DNA of 47,871 nucleotides from NCBI GenBank assembly GCA_946637545.1, contig CAMPBI010000001.1, positions 1-47,871 of the forward strand. The letters are read 5' to 3'. Under the pieces are notes generated by a model. That model searched no databases. It saw nothing but the letters and a program-made list of their open reading frames with translations, and had not been told where the DNA came from. Shown here one piece after another: positions 1 to 10,240 of the stretch. The translations under genes were made by a program, and so were the position numbers. The stretch's first letter is position 1, and each line of letters starts with the position of its first letter. The stretch is from an uncultured Clostridia bacterium. GTDB taxonomy: Bacteria > Bacillota > Clostridia > Oscillospirales > Acutalibacteraceae.

Positions 1-2
1 AG

Positions 3-380
3 GCTCTCGACTGGATGGAGTGGAAGCACGGTATGAGAAACGAGGCGCTCGTTACAACCGTACAGGGCTACTTTATCAAGCTTGCTACTTCGGTTACGGG
101 CTGGCTTTCGGGTATGGTGCTCACATGGATTAACTACATTCCGCTTACTGACTCGCTCGGCAACGCTGTTCCGCAGACCGACCCGAAGATGCTCAACGGT
201 ATCTGGGCGGTATTCTGCATCCTCCCTGCTCTTGCAAGAGGACTTTACGGCGTATCCTTCATTCTGTATCCTATTCACGGCAAGCTTCAGCAGGAAATGG
301 TTGTTGAGCTTGCAGACATCCGTGCTGACAGACTCAGAGAGCAGGAAGCTCTTAACGCTGCACAGAGCGACGCAGAATAA
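3..380 (+). CDS. MFS sugar:cation symporter, GPH (MelB-like) family; C-terminal fragment, 5' truncated by window edge
   Basis: The frame is open from position 3 (ALDWMEWKHGMRNEA), resembling the GPH D-x2-EW-x2-G-x-R-x-E motif. Two hydrophobic helices and a YP motif precede a charged tail. Confidence 0.75.
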   Translation, partial: ALDWMEWKHGMRNEALVTTVQGYFIKLATSVTGWLSGMVLTWINYIPLTDSLGNAVPQTDPKMLNGIWAVFCILPALARGLYGVSFILYPIHGKLQQEMVVELADIRADRLREQEALNAAQSDAE

Positions 381-396
381 TTACTAAATGCTTTTT

Positions 397-422
397 AAGG
401 CGGCTGGTCGCAGTCGCCTTTT
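397..422 (+). terminator. Intrinsic terminator after the MFS gene
   Basis: AAGGCGGCTG-gtcg-CAGTCGCCTT stem-loop followed by T's. Confidence 0.65.
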
Positions 423-467
423 AAATAAATTCAACATTTATTATCCCATTGAAACGGAAGTGACTTT

Positions 468-2516
468 ATGAACACAACTATTTTACTTATCGTAAGCGGC
501 GTAATCGGTCTGCTGGCACTTGGATTTGCGCTTTTTACAGCATCATCAATCAACAAGCGCGACGCAGGCAATGACCGTATGCGTGAAATTGCCGGCAACA
601 TTGCCGACGGCGCAAAGGCGTTTCTTTACTCGGAATACAGAATTTTAATATTCTTTGTAATTGCGCTTGCTGTATTAATTACTATACTTATTAAATGGCA
701 GACGGCAGTTTGTTTCCTGCTCGGCGCACTTTTCTCGACCCTTGCAGGCTACTTTGGAATGACTGTCGCTACAAGGGCTAACGTAAGAACTGCACGTGCA
801 GCCGAGGACAAAGGACTTTCCTCTGCGCTCAAGGTTGCTTTTTCAGGCGGCGCAGTTATGGGTCTTTCGGTAGTAGGTCTTGGCGTAATCGGAATTGCGC
901 TTATCTTTATCATCGTTAGCAAAACGCAGAATCTTGTAAGCGACGCTACGATGCTTGATATTCTTACAGGTTTCAGCCTCGGCGCATCGTCAATCGCTCT
1001 GTTTGCCCGTGTTGGCGGCGGTATTTACACAAAGGCTGCCGATGTCGGCGCAGACCTTGTTGGCAAGGTTGAGGCAGGCATCCCCGAGGACGACCCGAGA
1101 AACCCTGCTACAATCGCGGATAACGTCGGCGACAACGTTGGCGACGTTGCAGGTATGGGCGCAGACCTTTTTGAATCATATGTAGGCTCGATTATTTCGG
1201 CAATCACGCTTGCCTTTGCGTCCTTCAACAACGAGTTTGGTCTTAAAGCGGCGCTCTTCCCCATCGTGCTTTGCGCGGCAGGAATTATCGCGTCGATTCT
1301 TTCAACAATTATCGTTGCGAACTCCGGCGGCAAGGACCCGCAAAAGTCACTCAATATCGGTGAATACCTTACAACAATTCTTGTGCTTGCGGCAAGCGCA
1401 CTGCTTTCGGTAAAGCTGCTCGGCAACTGGGCAGGTTTTGCCTGCGTTTTTGCAGGACTGCTTGTGGGTACGGTTATCGGAAAAATTACCGAAATCTACA
1501 CTTCCGAAAAATATCATTCAGTAAGAGAGATTGCAGAATCGTCAAAAACAGGCGCTGCAACTAACATAATCAGTGGTCTTTCAGTAGGTATGAAATCGAC
1601 CTGCTTCCCGATTATATTTATTGTTATAGGAATCCTTGTTTCGTACAAATTCTACGGACTTTACGGTATTGCTCTCGCTGCAGTAGGTATGCTGTCTACA
1701 ACAGGTATGACAATCGCAGTTGACGCTTACGGTCCTATCGCCGACAACGCAGGCGGTATTGCCGAAATGAGCGAGCTCGACCCCGAGGTAAGAGAGATTA
1801 CCGACAAGCTTGACGCAGTCGGCAACACCACTGCTGCCATCGGCAAGGGCTTTGCAATCGGCTCGGCAGCGCTTACTGCGCTTGCACTGTTTGCAAGCTA
1901 TGCAAAATCAACGGGCATTACCGAAAGCGGAATGAGCATTCTTGACGCGAAGGTTGTAGTCGGTCTGTTTATCGGCGGTATGCTGCCCTTCCTGTTCTCT
2001 GCCTTCACAATGAGCAGCGTGGGCAAGGCTGCAAACAAGATGATTGACGAGGTTCGCCGTCAGTTCAGAGAAAAGCCGGGTATTCTTGAGGGTACTGAAT
2101 CGCCCGACTACAAGAGCTGTGTTTCGATTTCGACAAACGCTGCGCTGCACGAAATGATACTGCCGGGTATTATGGCAGTTGTGTCCCCGCTTGTAATCGG
2201 ATTTTTGCTTGGCGTTGAGGCACTCGGCGGTCTGCTTGCAGGTGCTCTCGTAAGCGGCGTTATGATGGCAATCTTTATGGCTAACAGCGGCGGCGCCTGG
2301 GATAACGCAAAGAAATACATAGAAGGTCTTCAAGAGGACGGCAAGGGCTCCGAGGCTCACAAGGCTGCAGTTGTCGGCGATACAGTCGGCGACCCGTTCA
2401 AAGACACATCGGGACCTTCAATTAACATTCTCATCAAGCTTATGACAATTGTGTCGCTCGTATTTGCGGCATCGTTTATGATTGTTAACGGCGGAAACGG
2501 AATAATCAATTTCTAA
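468..2516 (+). CDS. hppA: Membrane-integral K+-dependent, probably Na+-translocating, pyrophosphatase
   Basis: Motifs [41 protein letters not shown] and [20 protein letters not shown] (Ala rather than Lys) marks K+-dependence. ADLFESY carries the Glu placement typical of Na+-PPases. Confidence 0.95.
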   Translation: MNTTILLIVSGVIGLLALGFALFTASSINKRDAGNDRMREIAGNIADGAKAFLYSEYRILIFFVIALAVLITILIKWQTAVCFLLGALFSTLAGYFGMTVATRANVRTARAAEDKGLSSALKVAFSGGAVMGLSVVGLGVIGIALIFIIVSKTQNLVSDATMLDILTGFSLGASSIALFARVGGGIYTKAADVGADLVGKVEAGIPEDDPRNPATIADNVGDNVGDVAGMGADLFESYVGSIISAITLAFASFNNEFGLKAALFPIVLCAAGIIASILSTIIVANSGGKDPQKSLNIGEYLTTILVLAASALLSVKLLGNWAGFACVFAGLLVGTVIGKITEIYTSEKYHSVREIAESSKTGAATNIISGLSVGMKSTCFPIIFIVIGILVSYKFYGLYGIALAAVGMLSTTGMTIAVDAYGPIADNAGGIAEMSELDPEVREITDKLDAVGNTTAAIGKGFAIGSAALTALALFASYAKSTGITESGMSILDAKVVVGLFIGGMLPFLFSAFTMSSVGKAANKMIDEVRRQFREKPGILEGTESPDYKSCVSISTNAALHEMILPGIMAVVSPLVIGFLLGVEALGGLLAGALVSGVMMAIFMANSGGAWDNAKKYIEGLQEDGKGSEAHKAAVVGDTVGDPFKDTSGPSINILIKLMTIVSLVFAASFMIVNGGNGIINF

Positions 2517-2535
2517 ATAATTTGCAGGAATATTT

Positions 2536-2566
2536 GCAGGGCTATTGCAGTAGCCCTGCTTTTTTT
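2536..2566 (+). terminator. Intrinsic terminator of hppA, overlapping a candidate xth promoter
   Basis: GCAGGGCTA-ttgcag-TAGCCCTGC plus T7. The loop TTGCAG (2545-2550) lies 17 bp before TATAAT (2568-2573). Confidence 0.7.
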
Positions 2567-2597
2567 ATATAATGTAAATAATAAAAGAGGTGATGAA

Positions 2598-3353
2598 ATG
2601 AAACTTATATCGTGGAACGTCAACGGACTTCGCGCCTGTATGGGCAAAGGCTTTGCAGAGTATTTTGACAGTGCAGACGCCGACATATTCTGTCTGCAGG
2701 AAACAAAACTGCAGGAGGGTCAGATTGACTTTGCGCCCGAGGGATATAACTGCTTTTGGAACTACGCCGAAAAGAAGGGATATTCGGGCACAGCCGTTTT
2801 TACAAAGGCGCAGCCGCTTGCCGTAACATACGGAATCGGAATAGAAGAGCACGACAGGGAAGGCAGAGTAATCACTCTTGAATTTGAGGACTTTTACTTT
2901 ATCACTGTTTATGTGCCGAACTCGCAACGCGAGCTTGCAAGGCTTGACTACCGTATGAAATGGGAGGACGACTTTCTTGCTTACATTAAGGCGCTTGACG
3001 AAAAAAAGCCCGTAATCTACTGCGGCGACCTGAACGTTGCGCATGAGGAAATAGACCTTAAAAATCCAAAGACAAACCGCAAAAACGCCGGCTTCACGGA
3101 CGAGGAAAGGGCAAAGTTTTCCGCCGTGCTTGACAGCGGCTTTACTGACACTTTCAGGCACTTTTATCCCGACAAAGAGGGTGTGTACTCGTGGTGGTCG
3201 TATATGTTCAGGGCACACGAAAAGAACGCAGGCTGGCGCATAGACTACTTTGTGACATCAAAACGACTTGACGAAAAGCTGACGGGAGCAGAAATTCACA
3301 CCGATATTTTCGGCTCGGACCACTGCCCTGTTGAGCTTGACATCGACTTATGA
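2598..3353 (+). CDS. xth: Exodeoxyribonuclease III / AP endonuclease
   Basis: Motifs [37 protein letters not shown] and GSDHCP. Confidence 0.96.
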   Translation: MKLISWNVNGLRACMGKGFAEYFDSADADIFCLQETKLQEGQIDFAPEGYNCFWNYAEKKGYSGTAVFTKAQPLAVTYGIGIEEHDREGRVITLEFEDFYFITVYVPNSQRELARLDYRMKWEDDFLAYIKALDEKKPVIYCGDLNVAHEEIDLKNPKTNRKNAGFTDEERAKFSAVLDSGFTDTFRHFYPDKEGVYSWWSYMFRAHEKNAGWRIDYFVTSKRLDEKLTGAEIHTDIFGSDHCPVELDIDL

Positions 3354-3907
3354 TAAAACGTTACATTTCGCTGATTTCGGGCGCCACCGCTACGGCATAC
3401 ACGGTGTGGTATATGCACTACGGCGTGCCGTACAAAAATGAGGGCGCGCTGTCAAAAATCGGACTGACTCACCATACGGAATTCCTGATTTGGGGCATTT
3501 TGACCTTTGCGGTGCTTGCGCTTCTGATAACACAGGCATACAGGCGATACGTCAAAACAAAAGTATATATTCCCCTGCTGACGCTGTCTGCAGTCGGTAT
3601 GGCGCTGACGCTTGCATTCCCGTTTGACTACGACATCAAACCCGGCTATTACTTTCACTGCGCCGGGTCGCTGATATTTTCGATTGTGACAGGTGCGACA
3701 GTTTTTACACTGTTTGCGCTTTGCTATAAAAAAGACAGGATTTTTAAAATTTTCACCTGCGCCACAGCGGTAATTCTGCTCACGGACGCGGTGTGCCTGC
3801 TGATTTTCAAGGAAACAGGGCTGATTGAGAGCGTACCCGTTTTTGCCGGGTACATAATGCTTGGAACAGTAAATTCAAGGAGGGACAAGCTTGAGCTTAA
3901 ACGATAA
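3350..3907 (+). CDS. Hypothetical multi-pass membrane protein
   Basis: 185 aa with about 6 hydrophobic segments. ATGA overlap with xth and overlap with the next gene. Confidence 0.7.
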   Translation: MIKRYISLISGATATAYTVWYMHYGVPYKNEGALSKIGLTHHTEFLIWGILTFAVLALLITQAYRRYVKTKVYIPLLTLSAVGMALTLAFPFDYDIKPGYYFHCAGSLIFSIVTGATVFTLFALCYKKDRIFKIFTCATAVILLTDAVCLLIFKETGLIESVPVFAGYIMLGTVNSRRDKLELKR

Positions 3908-5204
3908 ACTGAACAGACTTGACAGCTACCCGTTTCATATGCCGGGGCACAAGCGAAACGCAGTGTTTGGCATTGCCGGCGCCGAAATTGACATCACCGA
4001 AATTGACGGCTTTGACAATCTTCACGGCGCAGGCGGCGTGATAAAAGAAATCGAGGACGGGCTTTCGGAGCATTATAAGAGCCGCCGTTCGTTCCTGCTT
4101 GTAAACGGCTCGACTGTGGGAATTCTGTCGGCAATTTTTGCCGTATGCGGCAGGGGCGACAAAATAATAATAGCCAGAAACTGCCACAAAAGTGTATTCG
4201 GCGCCTGCTATCTGCTCGGGCTGAAAATAGCTTTTGCAGAGCCTGAATTTGACAGCGAATGCGGCTACTATACCAAGCTTACGCAGGGTGAAATTGACCG
4301 CGCGGCAGCAGCAAACCCCGACGCGAAAGCAGTTGTGATTACCTCGCCGACTTACGAGGGAATAATAAGCGACATTACCTGCCGCATACCGCTTATTGTC
4401 GACGCGGCGCACGGCGCGCATCTGGGAATTGACCCCTTCCCTGCGTACCCTGCGGGCGACATTGTTATTTCAAGTCTGCACAAGACCCTGCCTGCGCTGA
4501 CGCAGACGGCTGTTGCGAATATTTTTAACGACAGCTTTTCGGATATATTCAAACGCTATCTTGATATTTTTGAAACGAGCTCGCCGAGTTATGTGCTGAT
4601 GAACTCTGTTGACATCTGCCTGAAATATCTTAAAGGCTGCAAAAGCGATTTTGAGGATTATCACAAACGCCTTGAGGAGCTGCGCAAAACGGGCTTTATG
4701 CGGCTTAAAATTAAGGACAGCGACGACATCGGCAAGGTTATAGTGTCTACAGCGTCGGCAAGCATAGGCGGTAGCGAGCTTGCAGATATTCTGAGAAAAA
4801 GATTTGGCATAGAGGTTGAGGGAGCCTGCAAGGAGCACATAATTCTGATGACCTCTGTTGCGGACGGCGAAAAGGCGTTTGAAAAGCTTAAAGGCGCGCT
4901 TCTTACTATTGACGGTGAGTGCGATAAAAAGAGCCGCAGAATTGATTTTACTGCTCCGCCCTGCCCCGAAAACGAAACGGTGATTACAATTTCTGACGGC
5001 GGCGAGCTTGTTGACCTTGACGACGCTGCAGGACAAGTGGCAAATGAGTACATATTTGCCTATCCTCCGGACATTCCGATTGTGATGCCCGGTGAAATTA
5101 TTACCGGGGAAATCACAAAATACATCAGGTCGCTGCTTGATTCAAAGGTGAATGTTATCAGCGACAGCGGCAATTTACCAAAGGTATTGACAAAAAAGAG
5201 ATAA
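3891..5204 (+). CDS. PLP-dependent Orn/Lys/Arg decarboxylase family protein (YaaO-like)
   Basis: Motifs FHMPGHK, DITEIDGFDNLH, VNGSTVG, RNCHKS, VDAAHGAH, the PLP-lysine motif SLHKTLP, and YPPDIP. Confidence 0.88.
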   Translation: MSLNDKLNRLDSYPFHMPGHKRNAVFGIAGAEIDITEIDGFDNLHGAGGVIKEIEDGLSEHYKSRRSFLLVNGSTVGILSAIFAVCGRGDKIIIARNCHKSVFGACYLLGLKIAFAEPEFDSECGYYTKLTQGEIDRAAAANPDAKAVVITSPTYEGIISDITCRIPLIVDAAHGAHLGIDPFPAYPAGDIVISSLHKTLPALTQTAVANIFNDSFSDIFKRYLDIFETSSPSYVLMNSVDICLKYLKGCKSDFEDYHKRLEELRKTGFMRLKIKDSDDIGKVIVSTASASIGGSELADILRKRFGIEVEGACKEHIILMTSVADGEKAFEKLKGALLTIDGECDKKSRRIDFTAPPCPENETVITISDGGELVDLDDAAGQVANEYIFAYPPDIPIVMPGEIITGEITKYIRSLLDSKVNVISDSGNLPKVLTKKR

Positions 5205-5215
5205 TAAATTATAAT
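5187..5215 (+). promoter_or_regulatory. Consensus sigma-A promoter for scfA
   Basis: TTGACA (5187-5192), 17 bp, TATAAT (5210-5215). The -35 lies inside the 3' end of the upstream CDS. Confidence 0.75.
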
Positions 5216-5246
5216 ATTTACGAAATTTAATCAAGGAGTATTTACT

Positions 5247-5393
5247 ATGAAGAGAATTAATACTTTAAGCTCAAAGAATCTTTGCGAATCTGCTAAAAAG
5301 GGCGGCTGCGGCGAGTGCCAGACCTCTTGCCAGTCAGCAAGCAAAACCTCTTGCTCAGTTGCAAATCAAAAATGCGAGCAGAATAAAAAGTAA
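5247..5393 (+). CDS. scfA: SCIFF ranthipeptide precursor (48 aa; absent from the ORF track)
   Basis: Translated by hand as MKRINTLSSKNLCESAKKGGCGECQTSCQSACKTSCSVANQKCEQNKK. It has the hallmark GCGECQTSCQSACKTSC core and an AAGGAG RBS, and lies next to scfB. Confidence 0.96.
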   Translation: MKRINTLSSKNLCESAKKGGCGECQTSCQSASKTSCSVANQKCEQNKK

Positions 5394-5406
5394 GTAAAAC
5401 GGAATT

Positions 5407-5430
5407 AACGGCGGCGAGTCCGCCGTTTTT
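5407..5430 (+). terminator. Hairpin or partial terminator between scfA and scfB
   Basis: AACGGCGG-cgagt-CCGCCGTT followed by T's. Confidence 0.6.
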
Positions 5431-5471
5431 CTATATGAATTCAAATCATTTTTGCCTTTAAGGAACAGCTT

Positions 5472-6866
5472 ATGATACACTCTTACAAAATGAACGGCTA
5501 CAATATTATAATCGACCAAAACAGCGGTTGTGTTCACAGCGTTGACGAGGTGGCTTATGATATTATCAATATGTTTGAAACAAGCACAAAGGATGAAATA
5601 AAGGCTTTTATTCTTAAAAAATACGCTGACCGCGACGACGTCACGGATGAGGACATTGACCTTTGCTTTGAGGATATTGAGTCGCTGATTGACGACGGAC
5701 GGCTTTTTTCAAAAGACACCTTTGAGGATATGGCTGCAGAGTTCAAGATGCGCCAGGGCGTTATTAAAGCAATCTGTCTGCACGTGGCGCACGGCTGCAA
5801 TCTGAACTGCGAATACTGCTTTGCAGGCAAGGGCGAATACGGCGGCGAGGACAAGGGACTGATGAGCCTTGAGGTCGGCAAAAGAGCACTTGATTTTCTT
5901 GTGGAAAACAGCGGCACAAGGCGGAATCTTGAGGTTGATTTTTTCGGCGGCGAGCCGCTGCTCAACTGGGAGGTCTGCAAAGAGCTTGTGCGCTACGGGC
6001 GCGAGCTTGAAAAGACGCACGACAAGAATTTTCGCTTTACGCTGACTACAAACGGTGTGCTGGTTGACGACGAGGTTATCGAATTTTGCAACAAAGAGAT
6101 GGGAAACGTCGTGCTGTCGCTTGACGGCAGGCGCGAGGTTCACGACAATCTGCGCAAAACTCCGCTTGGCGGCGGAAGCTATGACCTGATTGTTGACAAG
6201 TTCAAAAAATTTGCAGACTCGCGTGGGCAAAAGGATTACTATATGCGCGGCACCTACACGCATTTCAACACCGACTTTTCGGCTGACCTTATACATATGG
6301 CTGACCTCGGCTTTAAAGAGCTTTCGGTTGAACCTGTTGTTTGCGATGCGAGCGAGCCGTGGGCTCTCAGGGAGAGCGACCTGCCTGTGCTCAAGGAGCA
6401 GTACGAAATACTCGCAAACGAGATGCTGCGCCGCTACCGCAAGGGCGACGGCTTCACATTTTATCACTATATGATTGACCTTGACCACGGTCCGTGCATC
6501 GTTAAGCGCGTAAGCGGCTGCGGAGTAGGCACTGAATATATGGCGGTTACTCCAAGCGGCGACCTGTTCCCCTGCCACCAGTTTGTCGGCGACAATGATT
6601 TTAAGCTCGGCAACATTTTTGACGGGGTGACAAAGCCTGAAATCCTTGAGCAGTTCAAGCAGTGCAACGTTTACTCTCACAAGGAGTGCAAGGACTGCTT
6701 TGCAAAGCTCTACTGCTCGGGCGGCTGCGCGGCGAACGCTTACCACACGACAGGCAGCGTGAACGGAATTTACGAATTTGGCTGCGAGCTGCACCGCAAG
6801 CGCATTGAGTGCGCTATTATGCTAAAGGTAGCAGAGGCGGAGGAAAATCTTACAGTTAATTATTAA
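5472..6866 (+). CDS. scfB: SCIFF radical SAM/SPASM thioether-forming maturase
   Basis: CNLNCEYC radical SAM motif, FFGGEPLLN, a SPASM Cys array (GCGVG, PCHQF, CKDC-x5-CSGGC), and an N-terminal RRE-like extension. Confidence 0.95.
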   Translation: MIHSYKMNGYNIIIDQNSGCVHSVDEVAYDIINMFETSTKDEIKAFILKKYADRDDVTDEDIDLCFEDIESLIDDGRLFSKDTFEDMAAEFKMRQGVIKAICLHVAHGCNLNCEYCFAGKGEYGGEDKGLMSLEVGKRALDFLVENSGTRRNLEVDFFGGEPLLNWEVCKELVRYGRELEKTHDKNFRFTLTTNGVLVDDEVIEFCNKEMGNVVLSLDGRREVHDNLRKTPLGGGSYDLIVDKFKKFADSRGQKDYYMRGTYTHFNTDFSADLIHMADLGFKELSVEPVVCDASEPWALRESDLPVLKEQYEILANEMLRRYRKGDGFTFYHYMIDLDHGPCIVKRVSGCGVGTEYMAVTPSGDLFPCHQFVGDNDFKLGNIFDGVTKPEILEQFKQCNVYSHKECKDCFAKLYCSGGCAANAYHTTGSVNGIYEFGCELHRKRIECAIMLKVAEAEENLTVNY

Positions 6867-6878
6867 TTATAATGCAAT

Positions 6879-6910
6879 AGCCACCGCCTGGTCGCCCTGC
6901 GGTGGCTTTT
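6879..6910 (+). terminator. Intrinsic terminator after scfB
   Basis: AGCCACCGC...GCGGTGGCT followed by T's. Confidence 0.7.
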
Positions 6911-6930
6911 ATTAAAATTTATTAACAATC

Positions 6931-6970
6931 TTGTTAATTGATTGACACAATAATTATTATATTATATAAT
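6931..6970 (+). promoter_or_regulatory. Sigma-A promoter of the aconitase operon with an overlapping Rex-like operator
   Basis: TTGACA (6942-6947), 17 bp, TATAAT (6965-6970). TTGTTAA-TTGA-TTGACAC (6931-6948) matches the clostridial Rex box TTGTTAA-N4-TTAACAA with 2 mismatches. Confidence 0.7.
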
Positions 6971-7006
6971 AAGTTCGTTAAAAACTTTAACAAGTAGGAG
7001 GAAACT

Positions 7007-8944
7007 ATGGGACTTACTTTAGCACAAAAGCTCATCAAGTCGCATCTTGTCGAAGGCGAGATGAAGGTCGGAACCGAAATCGGACTCCGCATTGACCAGA
7101 CGCTCACACAGGACGCGACGGGAACTATGGCTTATCTTGAATTTGAGGCTATGGGTGTTGACAGAGTCAGGACTGAACGCTCTGTGGCTTATATCGACCA
7201 CAACACGCTTCAGACAGGCTTTGAGAACGCCGACGACCACAGATTCATTCAGACGGTGACAAAAAAGCACGGTATTTATTTTTCACGCCCCGGCAACGGT
7301 ATCTGCCATCAGGTACATCTTGAAAGATTCGGTATTCCGGGCAAAACGCTGATTGGCTCGGACAGCCACACACCGACAGGCGGCGGTATCGGTATGCTTG
7401 CAATGGGCGCCGGCGGTCTTGACGTTGCAGTTGCTATGGGCGGCGGAACTTACTACATACCTATGCCGAAAATGACCCGAATCAATCTGACGGGCTACCT
7501 CAAGCCCTGGGTTTCGGCAAAGGATGTTATACTTGAGGTTCTGCGCATTATGAGCGTTAAAGGCGGCGTTGGAAAGATTATTGAATACGGCGGAGAAGGC
7601 GTTAAAACTCTTTCTGTTCCCGAGAGAGCGACCATCACAAATATGGGTGCGGAGCTCGGCGCCACAACATCAATTTTCCCGTCTGACGAAATCACGCTTG
7701 CCTTCCTCAAGGCACAGGGCAGAGAAAACGACTGGACGGAGATTCTCCCCGACCCCGACGCAGAGTACGACGAGATTATTAACATCGACCTCTGCTCGCT
7801 CACACCTATGGCGGCTTGTCCGCATATGCCCGATAATGTTAAGACCACTGACGAAATCGGCAAAATCAAGGTTGACCAGGTTGCAATCGGCTCGTGCACA
7901 AACTCATCGTACACCGATATGATGAAGGTTGCCGCTATTCTTAAAGGCAAGACGATTGACCCGAGCGTTTCGCTTTGCATTGCGCCCGGCTCAAAGCAGG
8001 TGCTGAATATGCTTGCGCTTAACGGCGCTCTTTCGGATATGATCAGCGCAGGCGCCCGTATTCTTGAATCGGCGTGCGGTCCGTGTATCGGTATGGGACA
8101 GAGCCCGAACAGCGGCGGCGTTTCACTGCGTACCTTTAACCGTAACTTTGAGGGCAGAAGCGGCACAAAGGACGGACAGATTTATCTTGTTTCGCCCGAG
8201 GTTGCTGCTGCGTCGGCGCTCACAGGTTATCTGACTGACCCGAGAGAGCTTGGCGACGCGCCCGAAATCACAATGCCCGAGCATTTCATCGTTAACGACA
8301 ATATGATCGAGGCACCTGCCACTCCCGAAGAGGCAAAGAACGTTGAGGTTCTTCGCGGACCGAACATCAAGCCTTTCCCGAAAACAGAGCCGCTTCCCGA
8401 GAGCATTACTGCAAAGGCAGTGCTTAAGGTTGGCGATAACATCACAACAGACCATATTATGCCTGCAGGCGCAAAGATTCTCCCCTACCGTTCAAATATT
8501 CCGCACCTTTCGCAGTACTGCTTCGGCGTTTGCGACGAGACCTTCCCCGAGAGAATCAAGGCAGAGGGCAAGGGTTTTGTAATCGGCGGTGCTAACTATG
8601 GTCAGGGCTCTTCAAGAGAGCACGCGGCGCTCGTTCCGCTTTACCTCGGCGTTAAGGCTGTAATCACCAAGAGCTTTGCAAGAATCCATGTTGCAAACCT
8701 TGTTAACGCAGGCATTTTGCCGTTTACCTTTGCAAATGAGGCAGACTACGACAAAATTGCACAGGGCGACGAGCTCGAGCTTGCAGACATTCGTGACTGC
8801 ATTGAGAACTGCAGACCCGTTGTTCTCAAAAACATCACAAAGGGCGAGGAATACGCGCTTGATTCATCACATCTTTCGGACCGTCAGAGAGCAATGCTCC
8901 TTTGCGGCGGACTGCTTGATTACACACGCGAGATGAACAAATAA
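7007..8944 (+). CDS. Aconitate hydratase (short clostridial type)
   Basis: Motifs TQDATG, DH, GICHQ, GSDSHT, IGSCTN, CGPCIG (4Fe-4S ligands), NRNF, ITTDHI and GSSREHA. Confidence 0.92.
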   Translation: MGLTLAQKLIKSHLVEGEMKVGTEIGLRIDQTLTQDATGTMAYLEFEAMGVDRVRTERSVAYIDHNTLQTGFENADDHRFIQTVTKKHGIYFSRPGNGICHQVHLERFGIPGKTLIGSDSHTPTGGGIGMLAMGAGGLDVAVAMGGGTYYIPMPKMTRINLTGYLKPWVSAKDVILEVLRIMSVKGGVGKIIEYGGEGVKTLSVPERATITNMGAELGATTSIFPSDEITLAFLKAQGRENDWTEILPDPDAEYDEIINIDLCSLTPMAACPHMPDNVKTTDEIGKIKVDQVAIGSCTNSSYTDMMKVAAILKGKTIDPSVSLCIAPGSKQVLNMLALNGALSDMISAGARILESACGPCIGMGQSPNSGGVSLRTFNRNFEGRSGTKDGQIYLVSPEVAAASALTGYLTDPRELGDAPEITMPEHFIVNDNMIEAPATPEEAKNVEVLRGPNIKPFPKTEPLPESITAKAVLKVGDNITTDHIMPAGAKILPYRSNIPHLSQYCFGVCDETFPERIKAEGKGFVIGGANYGQGSSREHAALVPLYLGVKAVITKSFARIHVANLVNAGILPFTFANEADYDKIAQGDELELADIRDCIENCRPVVLKNITKGEEYALDSSHLSDRQRAMLLCGGLLDYTREMNK

Positions 8945-9004
8945 AATCAAGTAGTAATTAGGCTTATAATTATAAACAATTCGTAATTATTAAAGGAGAA
9001 AACT

Positions 9005-10183
9005 ATGACAGATATTGAAAACAAGGCTCTTGACGAGGCGGTTGCGAAATTCAGAGCGCTGATGGAATCACAGCTTGAGAGAGCAAAGAAAATCAAAGAG
9101 GACAAAGATTTTACAGACTATCAGTCGCTTGATAAAATAGTTATCGGCATCTGCGGCGGCGACGGAATCGGTCCGATTATCACAAAAGAGAGCCAGAGAG
9201 TTATTGAATTCCTGCTCAAGGACGAGGTTGAAAGCGGCAAGGTTGAGTTCAAGGTTATCGACGGACTTACAATAGAAAACAGGGCTGCGCAGGGCAAGGC
9301 TATTCCTGACGACGTTCTTGAAGAGCTCAAGCAGTGCCACGTTATCCTCAAGGGTCCGACAACCACCCCGCGTCAGGGCGACCCGTGGCCGAATGTTGAG
9401 TCCGCTAACGTTGCAATGAGAAAGGCGCTTGACCTTTTTGCAAATATGCGACCTGTTAAGGTGCCCGAGGAAGGCATTGACTGGACCTTCTTCCGTGAAA
9501 ACACCGAGGGCGGCTACGCTGTCGGCTCACACGGTGTGAACATCACCGACGACCTTGCAGTTGACTTTACAGTTGCGTCGCAGGAGGGCTGCGAGAGAAT
9601 CGCAAAGCTCGCTTACGACTACGCTCACAGAAATAACAAGGGCAAGGTTTCAATCATCACAAAGGCAAACATCATCAAAACAACGGACGGCAAGTTCCTC
9701 AACACTGCAAAGAAAATCGGCGAGCAGTATCCGGATATTGTAACAGACGACTGGTATATTGACATCACGACTGCAAAGCTTATTGACCCTGCAAGACGCC
9801 GCGACTTCAAGGTGTTTGTTCTGCCTAACCTTTACGGCGACATCATCACTGACGAGGCTGCAGAATTCCAGGGCGGCGTTGGTACTGCCGGCTCTGCAAA
9901 CATCGGCAAAAGGTACGCAATGTTTGAGGCTATTCACGGCTCTGCTCCTCGTATGATTTCGGAAGGCAGAGGTCAGTACGCCGACCCGTGCTCAATGCTG
10001 CGCGCAACTGTTATGCTGCTTTCGCACATCGGCTATCAGAAAGAGGCTGACGCACTTGAGGCAGCGCTTGACAAATGTATGTTTGAAGAGAAAAAGCTCA
10101 CCATTACAGGCCGTGACACAGGCTGCACCTGTGAGGAATTCGGCAACTATGTAATGGAAACAATCACAGAAATGACAAAATAA
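9005..10183 (+). CDS. icd: Isocitrate/isopropylmalate dehydrogenase family; probably isocitrate dehydrogenase
   Basis: Motifs GDGIGP, KGPTTTP, SANVAMRK, RENTEG, KANI, PNLYGDI and FEAIHGSAP. Follows the aconitase gene. Confidence 0.85.
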   Translation: MTDIENKALDEAVAKFRALMESQLERAKKIKEDKDFTDYQSLDKIVIGICGGDGIGPIITKESQRVIEFLLKDEVESGKVEFKVIDGLTIENRAAQGKAIPDDVLEELKQCHVILKGPTTTPRQGDPWPNVESANVAMRKALDLFANMRPVKVPEEGIDWTFFRENTEGGYAVGSHGVNITDDLAVDFTVASQEGCERIAKLAYDYAHRNNKGKVSIITKANIIKTTDGKFLNTAKKIGEQYPDIVTDDWYIDITTAKLIDPARRRDFKVFVLPNLYGDIITDEAAEFQGGVGTAGSANIGKRYAMFEAIHGSAPRMISEGRGQYADPCSMLRATVMLLSHIGYQKEADALEAALDKCMFEEKKLTITGRDTGCTCEEFGNYVMETITEMTK

Positions 10184-10240
10184 ATTACAAATTGAGAGTG
10201 TATTTTCATTCGTAACTTGTAATTAAAACCGGAGGTTATT

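Noticed and set aside
5709-6794. 361-aa ORF antisense to scfB, and many similar antisense or alternate-frame ORFs in the track
   Set aside because: They are shadow frames of well-supported genes, with no recognisable motifs or RBS, and are explained by codon bias.
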